Source: Phoronis australis (Eukaryota > Animalia > Phoronida). From it: DNA of 64,000 nucleotides. Below, one piece after another: positions 63,117 through 64,000 of the stretch. Below the pieces are notes generated by a model. The model saw only the letters and a list, made by a program, of their open reading frames with translations, ran no database searches and was not told the DNA's origin. The DNA lies in assembly GCA_002633005.1 (NCBI GenBank), contig NMRA01000075.1, positions 821,843 through 885,842 on the forward strand. Reading direction: 5' to 3'. The translations under genes and the position numbers were made by a program. Every line of letters begins with the position of its first letter. Positions within the stretch are counted from its first letter, which is position 1.

Positions 63117-64000
63117 TTAAACGCCGCTGTCCATGGCGACTAGAATGAAGGTATACTGTTAACCACAAGCAAGTGAAACGTGTAGTAATTAATTTCATTG
63201 GCGTTTCAGAATGTTACTGCCAGCGATATGCAAACAAAAGACATTATAGTAAAACAAGTGAAAGGGACTCCTAAACTGGTAAGAAAGGCTTAAATGTTCT
63301 TTGTCTTTTAGTCGAGACAAACCTCTGTAACCTTTGCCAACCCTTGCGTTTTAAACGGTTAGTTGTTGAAAATGGGATGAAAATGGGATATTATATCACT
63401 TACAGTGTATTTAGTATCTAAATGAATAGTGGTTACCACCATTTTTCAGAAATGCGTTGCAGTAACTTCAGGGGTCCTTCTCAGTATCGATAACAAGTCA
63501 AGCTCTACATCTCCTTCGGTCAGTGAAATAAAGGCTCCAATAGCCTTCTCTGACAGTTGTGAAAGTATTAGTGAATGATACGGCCGACCAAACGTTGCGT
63601 CGATAGGACAATGTAAAGTAACGCTCGTGTGTATATTTTGAATCGCACGTATTTAGTTTGGCCTCAGCGAATGACTGGAGAAGTGTCAGTGACAGAGTTA
63701 TTAAATGTTATGTGATTTCTAGAAGTGGTAAAGTTTCATTAAATTGCAATGTTCGTAACTAAGTTACGATTTTGGTCGATGTTTATGCAATCCAGATACA
63801 GTGTTAATTCCTTGAAATAACTTGACATAAAATCTAATTTAGCACTCTGTTTAGGATGCAGTTTGCTTTTTGGTTGTAACTGAGAGAAAATTTAGTGTTG
63901 TAAACTTGGGCGTGTCTTTGCCTTTCATTGTCTGTTAAAGACTTAACAGTTTGCAAATTGAACTGGACTGACTTCGACAGAGCTCTTAGGACTCCGTCCA

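Overview
Eukaryotic (animal) genomic DNA: AT-rich, GT-AG introns, many transposon remnants, one assembly gap (23801-24064). A marine invertebrate, possibly a non-vertebrate deuterostome, is an inference only. Three host genes can be read from the sequence. (1) An intact RPL31 gene (4 coding exons, 125 aa). (2) A 7SK snRNA gene at ~13805-14108 with a type-3 Pol III promoter, next to two unexplained structured GC-rich segments. (3) A 16-exon, ~894-aa AMPA-type ionotropic glutamate receptor at 31738-60787 whose ligand pocket lacks the conserved acidic residue (GluA2 E705 is Ser; Y732 is Val). There is also an intronless 334-aa ORF of unknown family. The rest is dominated by non-autonomous DNA transposons. 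At least six are TTAA-flanked, THAP-bearing Kolobok-like elements from four families, some with a convergent Cys-rich second ORF. MITEs, an RTE LINE fragment, a Myb/SANT remnant and minisatellites are also present. Exon boundaries and residue alignments were made by eye and need confirmation.
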